Shown here: positions 1 to 7,610 of the stretch, in pieces
Layout of the letters: each line of letters begins with the position of its first letter
Position numbering within the stretch: position 1 is the stretch's first letter
Virus record (IMG/VR): IMGVR_UViG_3300047160_003987
DNA from: an uncultured virus (IMG/VR IMGVR_UViG_3300047160_003987)
Lineage: Duplodnaviria > Heunggongvirae > Uroviricota > Caudoviricetes
Direction: 5' to 3' (one strand)
Length of the DNA stretch: 20,000 nt
Program-made: the position numbers and the translations under genes
The notes under the pieces: model-generated
Seen by the model: only the letters and a program-made list of their open reading frames with translations
Told to the model about the DNA's origin: nothing
Databases searched by the model: none

Positions 1-43
1 TCATCCATATCCCATTCGCGTTTCCATTTATCAAACCATCGTC

Positions 44-1606
44 TTATAACGCCCATTGCGAGCCTTTCATTTTCTTTTTCTCCTTGCTGCGGCTGCCATC
101 CGCCAGCCAGATGCCGTCAGGCTTCAGTCCGACCGCCCCCGTCATCCCGGCGTCAGCCGCATTGCTCGCCCAATTGTGCAACGGGACCGACGTCCACTGT
201 GCCAGCTGTTTGCTCCACGTCTTGCGGTAATTATCGAGGCATTCCACCAGCCTCGTACAATGCTCGCTATCGATCCACGTCAATGACAGCATCTTGCGCA
301 ACGCCTCGATCGCATCCTCCTTGTCAAGTACCCGAGGCACGATCTCGAAGTCGATCCCAAGGTCTGACGCTATCTCCTTCCGCGTCTTCGCATCATTCGC
401 CCAACTGCGATGGCCAATATCATGCGGGCCATAATGTTTGCCAAGCGTAAAGCCACGCTTTGCAGCGATCTCATGCACCTTGCTGGCATAATGCTGCACG
501 CCCTCGCCAACGTTCTCGTAATAGTCGATAATGCGATGCCGCGTTCCGTCCGTCTGATGAAACCAAATAGCGTTCTGGTTATTCTTGGTTTCCAACCCGA
601 TATCCCAGAACGTATTGACCAAATAGTTGGGATCATGCGGGATCGGATAGCCTATCCTGCGCTCTTCTCTAGCCTTCTGCATCTCCTTCTTAAACCACGT
701 GCCCTCCATCGAATTGTAGAAGGTCTCTTCCATCATGCTCGGAAATTCCGAGTGCATGTCGTCGCGCCCGAGCGTCTGATGCTTCAGCACATACCAAGCT
801 TTCTGCTCCGGCGTCAGACTGATGGCGTGCTTGTGGAACAGAATATCAAAATAGTCGCGCATCTCGCTGCTGATGATCGCAAGGTTGGTCTGCACCGCAT
901 ATTTCGGGTCCATCCACCATGCGAAAAAATGTAACCTGAAGTCTAGCTGTGACAGCGACTGCCCTGAGCGCATCTTGGCCTCGGCGGTCTGCACCATGTC
1001 ATAGAATTGACCGCTTGTGCCGTGCGCGGTGCTTTCGATCTTTACCTTTTGACCGGGGGCGATGGTATTTAAGGCGCCCGTTTTTATCTCGCGTGCAATA
1101 TCCGGTTTGTCCGTCGCTATCTTCCCATACTCCGATATATGCAAATACTGCAGCGTCCCACCGCGGTGGCTGGTCCCCACATAACACGTAGATCCGTTTG
1201 ACCATTTAAGCTCCTCTTCGTTGTCCTTGATCAACCGGATCGTTTCGCGCACCGAAGACGGCGTCCCTATATAGGCGGTCCTAACCTTCTGCAGCTTCAG
1301 CTTGGCATCATCCAGCGTATAGTCGATGATGCCTGCCGTGAAGTTCTTGCGCCAAATACAATGATCGGCAATGTCTATGGCTATCTCAGAAGACATGCCA
1401 AGCTGCCGGGCCTTGACCACGATATCAAGCAGCCATTGCTCTCGTGCATACTTCTGTTGAGCTACCCGCCGCCGATAGGGCACCAATTGCCCCTGTTCAT
1501 TAAGGATCGAATACAGAGAATTCATCCGCCTATCACGATCGGAAAACCGATAGCGCAAGTCTTTATAAATGTCTGACCCCTTGAGAATAGAAACTGGTTC
1601 GGTCAT
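44..1606 (-). CDS. terL: Phage terminase large subunit (520 aa)
   Basis: N-terminal ATPase: Walker A-like VVKARQLGMS, Walker B YLHISE, coupling motif KIESTA. C-terminal RNase H-like nuclease: FWDIG, IIDYYEN, GPHD, HNWASNAADA. Length is typical of TerL. Confidence 0.96.
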   Translation of the reverse strand: MTEPVSILKGSDIYKDLRYRFSDRDRRMNSLYSILNEQGQLVPYRRRVAQQKYAREQWLLDIVVKARQLGMSSEIAIDIADHCIWRKNFTAGIIDYTLDDAKLKLQKVRTAYIGTPSSVRETIRLIKDNEEELKWSNGSTCYVGTSHRGGTLQYLHISEYGKIATDKPDIAREIKTGALNTIAPGQKVKIESTAHGTSGQFYDMVQTAEAKMRSGQSLSQLDFRLHFFAWWMDPKYAVQTNLAIISSEMRDYFDILFHKHAISLTPEQKAWYVLKHQTLGRDDMHSEFPSMMEETFYNSMEGTWFKKEMQKAREERRIGYPIPHDPNYLVNTFWDIGLETKNNQNAIWFHQTDGTRHRIIDYYENVGEGVQHYASKVHEIAAKRGFTLGKHYGPHDIGHRSWANDAKTRKEIASDLGIDFEIVPRVLDKEDAIEALRKMLSLTWIDSEHCTRLVECLDNYRKTWSKQLAQWTSVPLHNWASNAADAGMTGAVGLKPDGIWLADGSRSKEKKKMKGSQWAL

Positions 1607-1612
1607 CGCGCA

Positions 1613-1981
1613 TCACAAGAATGAAGCCGCGTCGCAGAACGAAAAGGTCGCTCCCGCGTTCCAGTTGATATAATTAAAACCCGATAGCCGTCGCGACAAA
1701 TTCCCGGCTGTGCGCGCATTGCTGGCAAGTGGCCCAAGTAACTGCAACTCATATCTAATTTGCTGGTTATCCGGAACCTCAATCCCAAGCACCCTTGCCG
1801 TGTCAATACCCGGGCCAGGGAAGATGATCGACACCGGCGTCGCACCATTGGAAACCCCCAGCGCGCTCCATACGGGGGGTTCTTCAGCAAGCCACACCGT
1901 ATCCACCGCCATGCGCCGCTGATGCGAGACAAACATTTGCGCAAGGCCGTTGTACCCGAAGATGCGGACCGTGAAAGCCAT
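1613..1981 (-). CDS. Hypothetical beta-rich phage protein, possibly virion-associated (122 aa)
   Basis: Start overlaps the upstream stop (TGATG) and the stop lies 6 nt before terL. Weak similarity by eye to the 14927-15244 product. Confidence 0.75.
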   Translation of the reverse strand: MAFTVRIFGYNGLAQMFVSHQRRMAVDTVWLAEEPPVWSALGVSNGATPVSIIFPGPGIDTARVLGIEVPDNQQIRYELQLLGPLASNARTAGNLSRRLSGFNYINWNAGATFSFCDAASFL

Positions 1982-2181
1982 CAGTGTCTTATCCCTATCG
2001 AACCAAACCGGCGCTTGCCGACCGGCTTACCTTTGTGCACCCGCGCCGGAAGGTGCTTATAGGCTCCCGGCCCATGTGGTGATGCCGCTATGAACTCCCG
2101 CGCCACCTTTGCGGTCTTCTCTGGGGCATTTTCTGCTGCCCAGCGAGCCCACCGGTTTTGTGCCAAAGACACGAGCGGCAT
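1981..2181 (-). CDS. Small basic phage protein (66 aa, MPxxSxAQxRW... type)
   Basis: Strong SD GAGGAG upstream of ATG at 2181. The N-terminus MPLVSLAQNRW and the later HLPARV resemble small basic proteins often encoded near phage terminase genes (recalled, not searched). Confidence 0.75.
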   Translation of the reverse strand: MPLVSLAQNRWARWAAENAPEKTAKVAREFIAASPHGPGAYKHLPARVHKGKPVGKRRFGSIGIRH

Positions 2182-2199
2182 TTCACCCTCCTCATCTAT

Positions 2200-2286
2200 T
2201 TACCAACCGGACTTTGGCTTCGGCCTGCGCCAGCTAGGCTTTGGCTTCGGTCTGCGAGGCGGCTTGGGTTTTGGTTTCCTTGCCAT
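2200..2286 (-). CDS. 28-aa Lys/Arg/Pro-rich peptide MARKPKPKPPRRPKPKPSWRRPKPKSGW (not in ORF track)
   Basis: Hand-translated. GAGGAG SD lies 6 nt before ATG (2286), TAA is at 2200-2202, and the ORF fills the gap between two genes. An in-frame upstream ATG at 2367 would give 55 aa. Confidence 0.65.
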   Translation of the reverse strand: MARKPKPKPPRRPKPKPSWRRPKPKSGW

Positions 2287-2389
2287 TTCGTTCTCCTCAT
2301 TTTCACCTACGGGCTTGGCTTTACTGGCGATGCCCTGCTGGAACCGCCAGTAAACATCTTTGATCATCTACGAACCTGGCCACCCCCTG

Positions 2390-2968
2390 TTACCTACGGG
2401 GTTGGCCACCGCTGTAGGCGACTGAACCACTCGCGGAAGCTGAACCGCTTGCGCTCCCGCTGCCGCCGTCCGGGGGGACCGGTTGCGGCTTGCCACCTCC
2501 GCCCGGTGGGTACCAGATCAGAACAAAACCCCACCTGTTCGTCCAGTACCATTGCCAGCCCTCGCTAAGCCCACCATCGGGCGGACATATCGGCGGCTTT
2601 TCCGGTGGGGTTGGCGGTTCTGGCAGCACGATCGGATGCGCCGGATGGGGCGGCATCGGCCGCGCCCACGGCGGCGAATAACCCGGATCAACCGGAGGCT
2701 CGGGATAGTGGATCGGCGGTGTCGCCACTGGAGGATAATAGATCGGCGGCGTCGCTATGCCAGCAGGAGGATAGTGGATCGGTGGCGTGACCACAGCATC
2801 TGGAGGCCATACCCCAGGCGGTTGGTAGATCGGATGCGCCGGATAGACCGGGGGTGTCGCGATCGGATGCGCAGGAACAGGCGGCGGTCCAGGGATGCCA
2901 TAGCCTGGATCGACCGGACGCTGCTGATCATCAAGCAGAATGATGTACGCAAGAGAACTCCTCGCCAT
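2390..2968 (-). CDS. Proline-rich repeat protein (192 aa; PVDPGY, PAHPI, TPPIxYPP repeats)
   Basis: AGGAGG SD upstream. Clear internal peptide repeats and a Trp-rich segment WQWYWTNRWGFVLIWYP. Confidence 0.85.
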   Translation of the reverse strand: MARSSLAYIILLDDQQRPVDPGYGIPGPPPVPAHPIATPPVYPAHPIYQPPGVWPPDAVVTPPIHYPPAGIATPPIYYPPVATPPIHYPEPPVDPGYSPPWARPMPPHPAHPIVLPEPPTPPEKPPICPPDGGLSEGWQWYWTNRWGFVLIWYPPGGGGKPQPVPPDGGSGSASGSASASGSVAYSGGQPRR

Positions 2969-2982
2969 TGTGACCTCCTAGC

Positions 2983-3351
2983 CTATTGGTTATCCGCCAT
3001 GAACCCGGGGGGAAGCACATTCCCCATCCCACCGGTAACACCGGGGACCGCTGTCGGTGCGCCCATGTCCGGTAACGAGGCCGCAGCGCCCGGAACGGGT
3101 AAAGGCGCAGCAACGGGCCGTTTCTTTCCGATCGCCCCAAAGGGCGCTTTCGGCAATGCTGGCATTTTGGGGATACCAGGCGGGGCCGCGATCGAAGCGG
3201 CGATCCTGTCATGATGGGCTTGCGTGATGTGCCCCTGCTGCAGCAGATGTTTTGCACTGGCACGGGTCAGGTTGCGCATATGAGACGGCGTCTGTGCCAT
3301 CATCTGAGCCGGTGTCTTTGTCATCATCATATGAGCTGATATCTTTGCCAT
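2983..3351 (-). CDS. Hypothetical protein with His-rich helix and Pro/Ala/Gly-rich tail (122 aa)
   Basis: GAAAGGG SD-like sequence upstream; co-oriented; fills the gap. Confidence 0.75.
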   Translation of the reverse strand: MAKISAHMMMTKTPAQMMAQTPSHMRNLTRASAKHLLQQGHITQAHHDRIAASIAAPPGIPKMPALPKAPFGAIGKKRPVAAPLPVPGAAASLPDMGAPTAVPGVTGGMGNVLPPGFMADNQ

Positions 3352-3393
3352 GATAGCGACCCTTTCTCAAAACGCCGGCACCGTATCAGACCA

Positions 3394-3633
3394 TCATGAC
3401 AGATGCCATATTCTCACGAGTTTGAGCCCCTTTTCGGTGCGCTGCATCTTCCACAGATGGCCCTTCTGATCGGCGAATACCTGCATGAGACCGGCTTGCT
3501 CTGGCAGCATGGCCGCCTGCCACGGTATCTCATCGATACCGCCGTTCAAGATCATATACCGGATGGTATTATGGTTGGCCTTGATCTGTTCGATCGGCGT
3601 CAGTCGGCCGCCATCATCCGCGCGCTTATCCAT
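3394..3633 (-). CDS. Hypothetical protein (79 aa)
   Basis: GAGGAGG SD upstream of ATG at 3633; co-oriented. Confidence 0.75.
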   Translation of the reverse strand: MDKRADDGGRLTPIEQIKANHNTIRYMILNGGIDEIPWQAAMLPEQAGLMQVFADQKGHLWKMQRTEKGLKLVRIWHLS

Positions 3634-3650
3634 TATGACCCCTCCTCGAG

Positions 3651-3691
3651 AAAAAGGGCGGCGGAAGGAGCATCACCACCTCCCGCCGCCC
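3651..3691 (-). terminator. Probable intrinsic terminator
   Basis: Minus strand GGGCGGCGGGAGG-UGGUGAUGCU-CCUUCCGCCGCCC-UUUUU: 13-bp GC-rich stem with one G-U, 10-nt loop, U5 tail. Confidence 0.7.
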
Positions 3692-3731
3692 CGGCGTCGC
3701 ACGCTTGCTGCTGCTGCAAGGACCATACGCC
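3651..3731 (-). ncRNA. Candidate small RNA with two stem-loops and an anti-RBS loop
   Basis: Upstream interrupted hairpin GGCGU..CUUGC-loop-GCAAG..ACGCC (3693-3731) followed by the terminator hairpin. Positions 3665-3676 are complementary to the early-gene RBS leader. Function is inferred. Confidence 0.35.
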
Positions 3732-3741
3732 AAGCCACATT

Positions 3742-4044
3742 CTATCTCTGAGGTTCCACATGGTCAACTGGGGGCTTACTCTCGACTGGAAGCTTATTCC
3801 CTTCGGTCTCGACTCGGGGCTTATTACCTTCGATCATCTGCTGCACGACCTCGCAAGTCTCAATGACCGCCACCGCCTTGCCATCAGCCAAATTGATCAG
3901 GCAATTGGTGGCCTTGTGATACATCCGATCATGCTCGGTCACACCTTCCCGCGGCCCACGCAGACTCGTTATCTGATCCGGGTTGACCTCAATGGCCGCG
4001 CCATCAGCACCATGCAATAGAATAAGAACGAACAGGAAGAGCAT
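3742..4044 (-). CDS. Small protein with FlbD-like pattern (about 100 aa)
   Basis: Pattern LILLHGADG..IEVNPDQITSL...CLINLADGKAVAVIETCEVVQQMI recalls FlbD-family (NPDxI..I.L.xGK..xV.E..xEV). Start placed at ATG 4044 after GGGGAAG; the ORF track starts at TTG/GTG 4065. Confidence 0.7.
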   Translation of the reverse strand: MLFLFVLILLHGADGAAIEVNPDQITSLRGPREGVTEHDRMYHKATNCLINLADGKAVAVIETCEVVQQMIEGNKPRVETEGNKLPVESKPPVDHVEPQR

Positions 4045-4064
4045 ATCTTCCCCCATCTGTTGCA

Positions 4065-5861
4065 CTACGCAAGGACAACCCCCTTCCAGGCGCCGTCATA
4101 TATCCAGAACTTGTGGTTGGTCGTGTCATAGATCATAGGCACAAGACCGGTATATGTCGCCGCGGGAACACCAGTCGGTGCACCGGCGCACGTGGGAATG
4201 TAAAAGAAGCCGGTTGTGGCAGTCGTAGCAAGCGCGCCACCGACAGCGGCCCCGACAGCAACATTGCGCTTGCTGTCGATACGAAGCGCCTCAATAGGGG
4301 AAACAGAGCCACTGGCGGCAACATCGAAATACAAAGCCCCCGGCATCCCGCCAACAGCTGGAACATTATCAACCAGCGCACGGATCTGAGACGATCTGCC
4401 AAACTGCGTGCTGTCATCCCCGGCAAACACAAGCCGGCCAATTTCATCCGCATTCTGAACCGTGGTGAATGTACCGGGACTGGTAGACCGGGACTTGAGC
4501 ATCTGCAGAGAAACGCCTCGGTTATCCGCTATCCAGGCCTGATAACCCGCCCCACCGGTAAAGTCAGCATAACCGGCAATATTCAACCTCGGTACGGATA
4601 ACCCGGATGCCGCATAACGCTGGCCCGTGGTCAGGCCCAGGAATGTCTCCCCACTCGGTCCGGTAAATATGCCAGCCAGCGCAGGCGAGCTGACGTTGCC
4701 GCCCCCGTTGCCAACGTACCACGTGTTTCGAACCATGATGGTCGTGTTGGCAACGGCATTGTTGATACCATAGCCAGCATTGTTGCGGATCGTTGTGCCA
4801 TCAACAAGGATGATAACCGTCGTACTGTTGTTCCGAATGCCATCCCGACCCGAATTGTAAATTGTCCCGCCGATAAACTGCACAATGCCGTTATGGCCGC
4901 TGACAATACTTACATCGTCCTGGCCGGACGAACTCGATGCGATCCAGGTGCCATCAAATGAAAACCAAGCACTGGCATTGGTCAACGTGTCGGCAAGCTG
5001 AACACATGGCCCGCTTGACGGACTATCAAGCGCCAAAGCCGGACCGAAGAAAACCTCACGGTTGCCCTCGGCGGCATAGTCATTTGAAATACGTAAATTT
5101 ATGCCGTTGCCAATAACGTTGCCCGAATTGAAATACAGTCCGCCAAACCCGCCAGCGACATGAACGCCGATAGCGCATAATGAAACCTTCAGGCCTTCGC
5201 GAATGGTTAGATCAGCCTTTGCACCTGTACCCACTGTGCCGTTAATGCGCAGTCCATCCTGTTGGGCAACTATCTCACGCCCACCATAGACGCAATTATC
5301 CAAAGCATCCCACCAAACGCCATTGAAAAGCTTGTTGCCGGCCGCGCCGTAGCGGGACTGCCCGGCTACGCTGAAATTAATTTCGGACTGGATGACGTTC
5401 TTGATATGAACGGCAGCGCCTGCCGTCATGGTCGTATTGCTATCGATATAAATAGAACCAATTCTTATCCGGGCCTGCTGCACAGCGCCAGTAATGTCAC
5501 CCACAGTAATGATGTCTGATGTGGTTCCCGCACCTGTATATCTAATTACGACCTCTGTAGCGGCACTCTGGGTTTCTAACGCAAAATAACTGCCATTCAA
5601 CGTCAACGGCTGCGATGTCATGTAAATGCCGGAAGATAAAACACCGGCTCGAGGAGCAGATAAAGAAGCGCCTGCCAGCCATGTAAAAAACGCCTGCAAA
5701 GCAATACTGTCATCCGTCGCACCATTCCCAACAGCGCCAAAGTCTTTTGCATTCGCAACCATTGCAAACCGGTCCGCAAGGTCCTGCGATGTCGTTCCCA
5801 CACTCGCCAAAAACGGCAAGCTATTTATGTCGGTCCCCACAATTTGGCGAGAAAAGACCAT
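4065..5861 (-). CDS. Tailspike / receptor-binding protein with pectin-lyase-like parallel beta-helix (about 598 aa)
   Basis: N-terminal VANAKDFGAVGNGATDDSIALQA (Pectate_lyase_3-type start motif), Asn/Gly-rich beta-helix-like core, C-terminal GFFYIPTCAGAPTGVP...YDTTNHKFWIYDGAWK typical of phage fibres. Start placed at ATG 5861 after GGAGG; the ORF track starts at 5873. Confidence 0.85.
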   Translation of the reverse strand: MVFSRQIVGTDINSLPFLASVGTTSQDLADRFAMVANAKDFGAVGNGATDDSIALQAFFTWLAGASLSAPRAGVLSSGIYMTSQPLTLNGSYFALETQSAATEVVIRYTGAGTTSDIITVGDITGAVQQARIRIGSIYIDSNTTMTAGAAVHIKNVIQSEINFSVAGQSRYGAAGNKLFNGVWWDALDNCVYGGREIVAQQDGLRINGTVGTGAKADLTIREGLKVSLCAIGVHVAGGFGGLYFNSGNVIGNGINLRISNDYAAEGNREVFFGPALALDSPSSGPCVQLADTLTNASAWFSFDGTWIASSSSGQDDVSIVSGHNGIVQFIGGTIYNSGRDGIRNNSTTVIILVDGTTIRNNAGYGINNAVANTTIMVRNTWYVGNGGGNVSSPALAGIFTGPSGETFLGLTTGQRYAASGLSVPRLNIAGYADFTGGAGYQAWIADNRGVSLQMLKSRSTSPGTFTTVQNADEIGRLVFAGDDSTQFGRSSQIRALVDNVPAVGGMPGALYFDVAASGSVSPIEALRIDSKRNVAVGAAVGGALATTATTGFFYIPTCAGAPTGVPAATYTGLVPMIYDTTNHKFWIYDGAWKGVVLA

Positions 5862-5872
5862 TGTTGCCTCCA

Positions 5873-5922
5873 TTCATCTCATGTAGGTCCCAACAAGTTC
5901 ATCTCATGTAGGTCCCAGCAAG
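5873..5922. repeat. Tandem 25-bp direct repeat (24/25 identical)
   Basis: ttcatctcatgtaggtcccaacaag (5873-5897) and ttcatctcatgtaggtcccagcaag (5898-5922). Confidence 0.95.
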
Positions 5923-6146
5923 TAAAAACCATCCGCACCCAAAAGAAGCTCACCGTCAGCCCCCACCAAATAAACCAACCCAGACCCCAATAAATAAGCA
6001 CCATCTCCACCCTGAAGGAACGCGCCATCAGCCCCCTGCAAATAAACTAACCCATCCGGTGGAACAGGAAGCTGAGGCTCAAACACAATGCGCCGCGCGC
6101 TCTCGATCGTGTAGCGAAGCTGCGCCTTCGTGGTGAGAATTTTCAT
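5904..6146 (-). CDS. Small protein with LxG(A/G)DGxxL repeats, possible fibre/spike adaptor (80 aa)
   Basis: ATGA overlap with the upstream gene; four LxGxDGxxL units in the C-terminal half. Confidence 0.75.
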   Translation of the reverse strand: MKILTTKAQLRYTIESARRIVFEPQLPVPPDGLVYLQGADGAFLQGGDGAYLLGSGLVYLVGADGELLLGADGFYLLGPT

Positions 6147-6634
6147 TTCTTCTTCTTAACGTCTGCAGCAGGTGATCTCGATGACGGAGATACATCCTCG
6201 ACCGGCGAAACCTCTTCCCATGGCGGCATAGATGATCTCTTGGCTACATCCGGTTGTGCGTTCTTGACCATATCGGGTCCCTCGATCTCCCCTGACTGCC
6301 CTGTGCTAGGTGGCGGCATGTAACCCGGGGGCCACGGCACCGGGTTGTTAGGGTTGAGCGGCATATTGACCGGATATTGCCCATAATGGGGCGGAATAGC
6401 TGGATCATCGCCATCCTTCACCCATTTCGGGATCTTTTGACTAGTGATCGAAAGATCAGTCAGCGCATCCTCGACTTTGTAGATGATCGCCTGCACACGT
6501 TCCTGGCTGTTGCATTGGCCAAGATCACCTCTGATCTCTTTGAAGGCCGCCGTGTTCGCCTTGATGACATCGACAAGACCGTCATGCGAGGTCTTGGCAT
6601 TCAACACCGGCAACAACATTGCGTTGGTATCCAT
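6143..6634 (-). CDS. Hypothetical protein: helical N-terminus, Pro-rich disordered C-terminus (163 aa)
   Basis: GGAGG/GAGG upstream; co-oriented; ATGA coupling downstream. Confidence 0.8.
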   Translation of the reverse strand: MDTNAMLLPVLNAKTSHDGLVDVIKANTAAFKEIRGDLGQCNSQERVQAIIYKVEDALTDLSITSQKIPKWVKDGDDPAIPPHYGQYPVNMPLNPNNPVPWPPGYMPPPSTGQSGEIEGPDMVKNAQPDVAKRSSMPPWEEVSPVEDVSPSSRSPAADVKKKK

Positions 6635-6646
6635 CCTCTATCCTCC

Positions 6647-6910
6647 CTACGGAAGCATTTTGAATAAATGTGACTTCTGCGTCGGCGATCCGCTGTCATA
6701 GGCAAATATCACCTGCACCAACGCATCATGCGCCCCCGTGACATCAGCCGCAACAATATCGGTGCGCGCATCTTGCGATGCGAAATACCTCGTAATGAGC
6801 GTGCTATCCGCATCTATGATCGAATTGGTCGTGCGCAGGTCTTCGATCATCGCAATGAGGCTCTGGATCTTCGAGACATACAAGTTCATGAAACTGATAG
6901 GGTTCGACAT
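6647..6910 (-). CDS. Hypothetical helical protein (87 aa)
   Basis: GGGAG SD upstream; co-oriented; fills the gap. Confidence 0.8.
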   Translation of the reverse strand: MSNPISFMNLYVSKIQSLIAMIEDLRTTNSIIDADSTLITRYFASQDARTDIVAADVTGAHDALVQVIFAYDSGSPTQKSHLFKMLP

Positions 6911-6935
6911 TTACCCAACTCCCATTCTGAACATC

Positions 6936-7607
6936 TTATCCGACTCCCATAAGAGACATTGTTCCGCCCTTCGCCGCCGCCGCACCAGTCGCAGTGTAGT
7001 ATGTTGACGCAACGACCGCCCAACTGCCAGACCCCGATGTGAATGCACAAACTTGCGTCCCCGTCGCCGAAACTGACTTCCATTCCTCGCCGCGGCCCGA
7101 CACCGTACCCTGGTTCATCAGCGTAAAACCCGAGCCCGCCGTCGGGGTCGGACCCGTCGTCACCATTCCAACATGAACAACCTCAGTCGCAACCGTCGTC
7201 GCCCCCGTCGTCACCGTCCCGTTAGCCGATGCACCGGAATTCGTCGCCGACTGATCCAGCACAAACCCATTCGCATTGCCACCACTGTCCGTGATCTCGC
7301 AAATGCCGACCGAAAAGAACGTCGCCGTGCCCGTATAAGCCACCGACACCGTATCAGTCCCACCAATGCCCTGCTTCACATAGTAGGTCTTGCACTGACA
7401 CGTATTGTCGCTGGTGGTCCGTGAACCAACCAGTATGAAGGTATTGCCCACCGTATCGGTCGGCGTGCTGATGGTGAGCGAATTGTCGCCTGTCACATGG
7501 ACGATAATGCCGCGGTTGGCCGTCGTCGCCGACGTGAACGCCGCAGTCATGGGACTCGACGGCGTCAGCGTATCAGTCAGTTTAGAGTTGGTAAGTGTAA
7601 TAGCCAT
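6936..7607 (-). CDS. Thr/Ser/Gly-rich all-beta protein, probable virion appendage component (223 aa)
   Basis: Starts 3 nt after the giant fibre gene. Composition and the TDTVGNTF motif suggest a beta-sandwich structural protein. Confidence 0.8.
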   Translation of the reverse strand: MAITLTNSKLTDTLTPSSPMTAAFTSATTANRGIIVHVTGDNSLTISTPTDTVGNTFILVGSRTTSDNTCQCKTYYVKQGIGGTDTVSVAYTGTATFFSVGICEITDSGGNANGFVLDQSATNSGASANGTVTTGATTVATEVVHVGMVTTGPTPTAGSGFTLMNQGTVSGRGEEWKSVSATGTQVCAFTSGSGSWAVVASTYYTATGAAAAKGGTMSLMGVG

Positions 7608-7610
7608 TGT

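Noticed and set aside
1..56. Start of a gene following terL (MGVIRRWFDKWKREWDMD...), possibly portal-region
   Set aside because: Only 18 codons are visible, with several possible starts; it cannot be assigned.
2483..4020. Plus-strand ORFs of 243 aa and 205 aa
   Set aside because: They are antisense to well-supported minus-strand genes, and the Arg-rich repeats are the reverse reading of Pro repeats.
5873..5922. CRISPR-like repeat
   Set aside because: Only two adjacent copies, no spacer and no cas genes.
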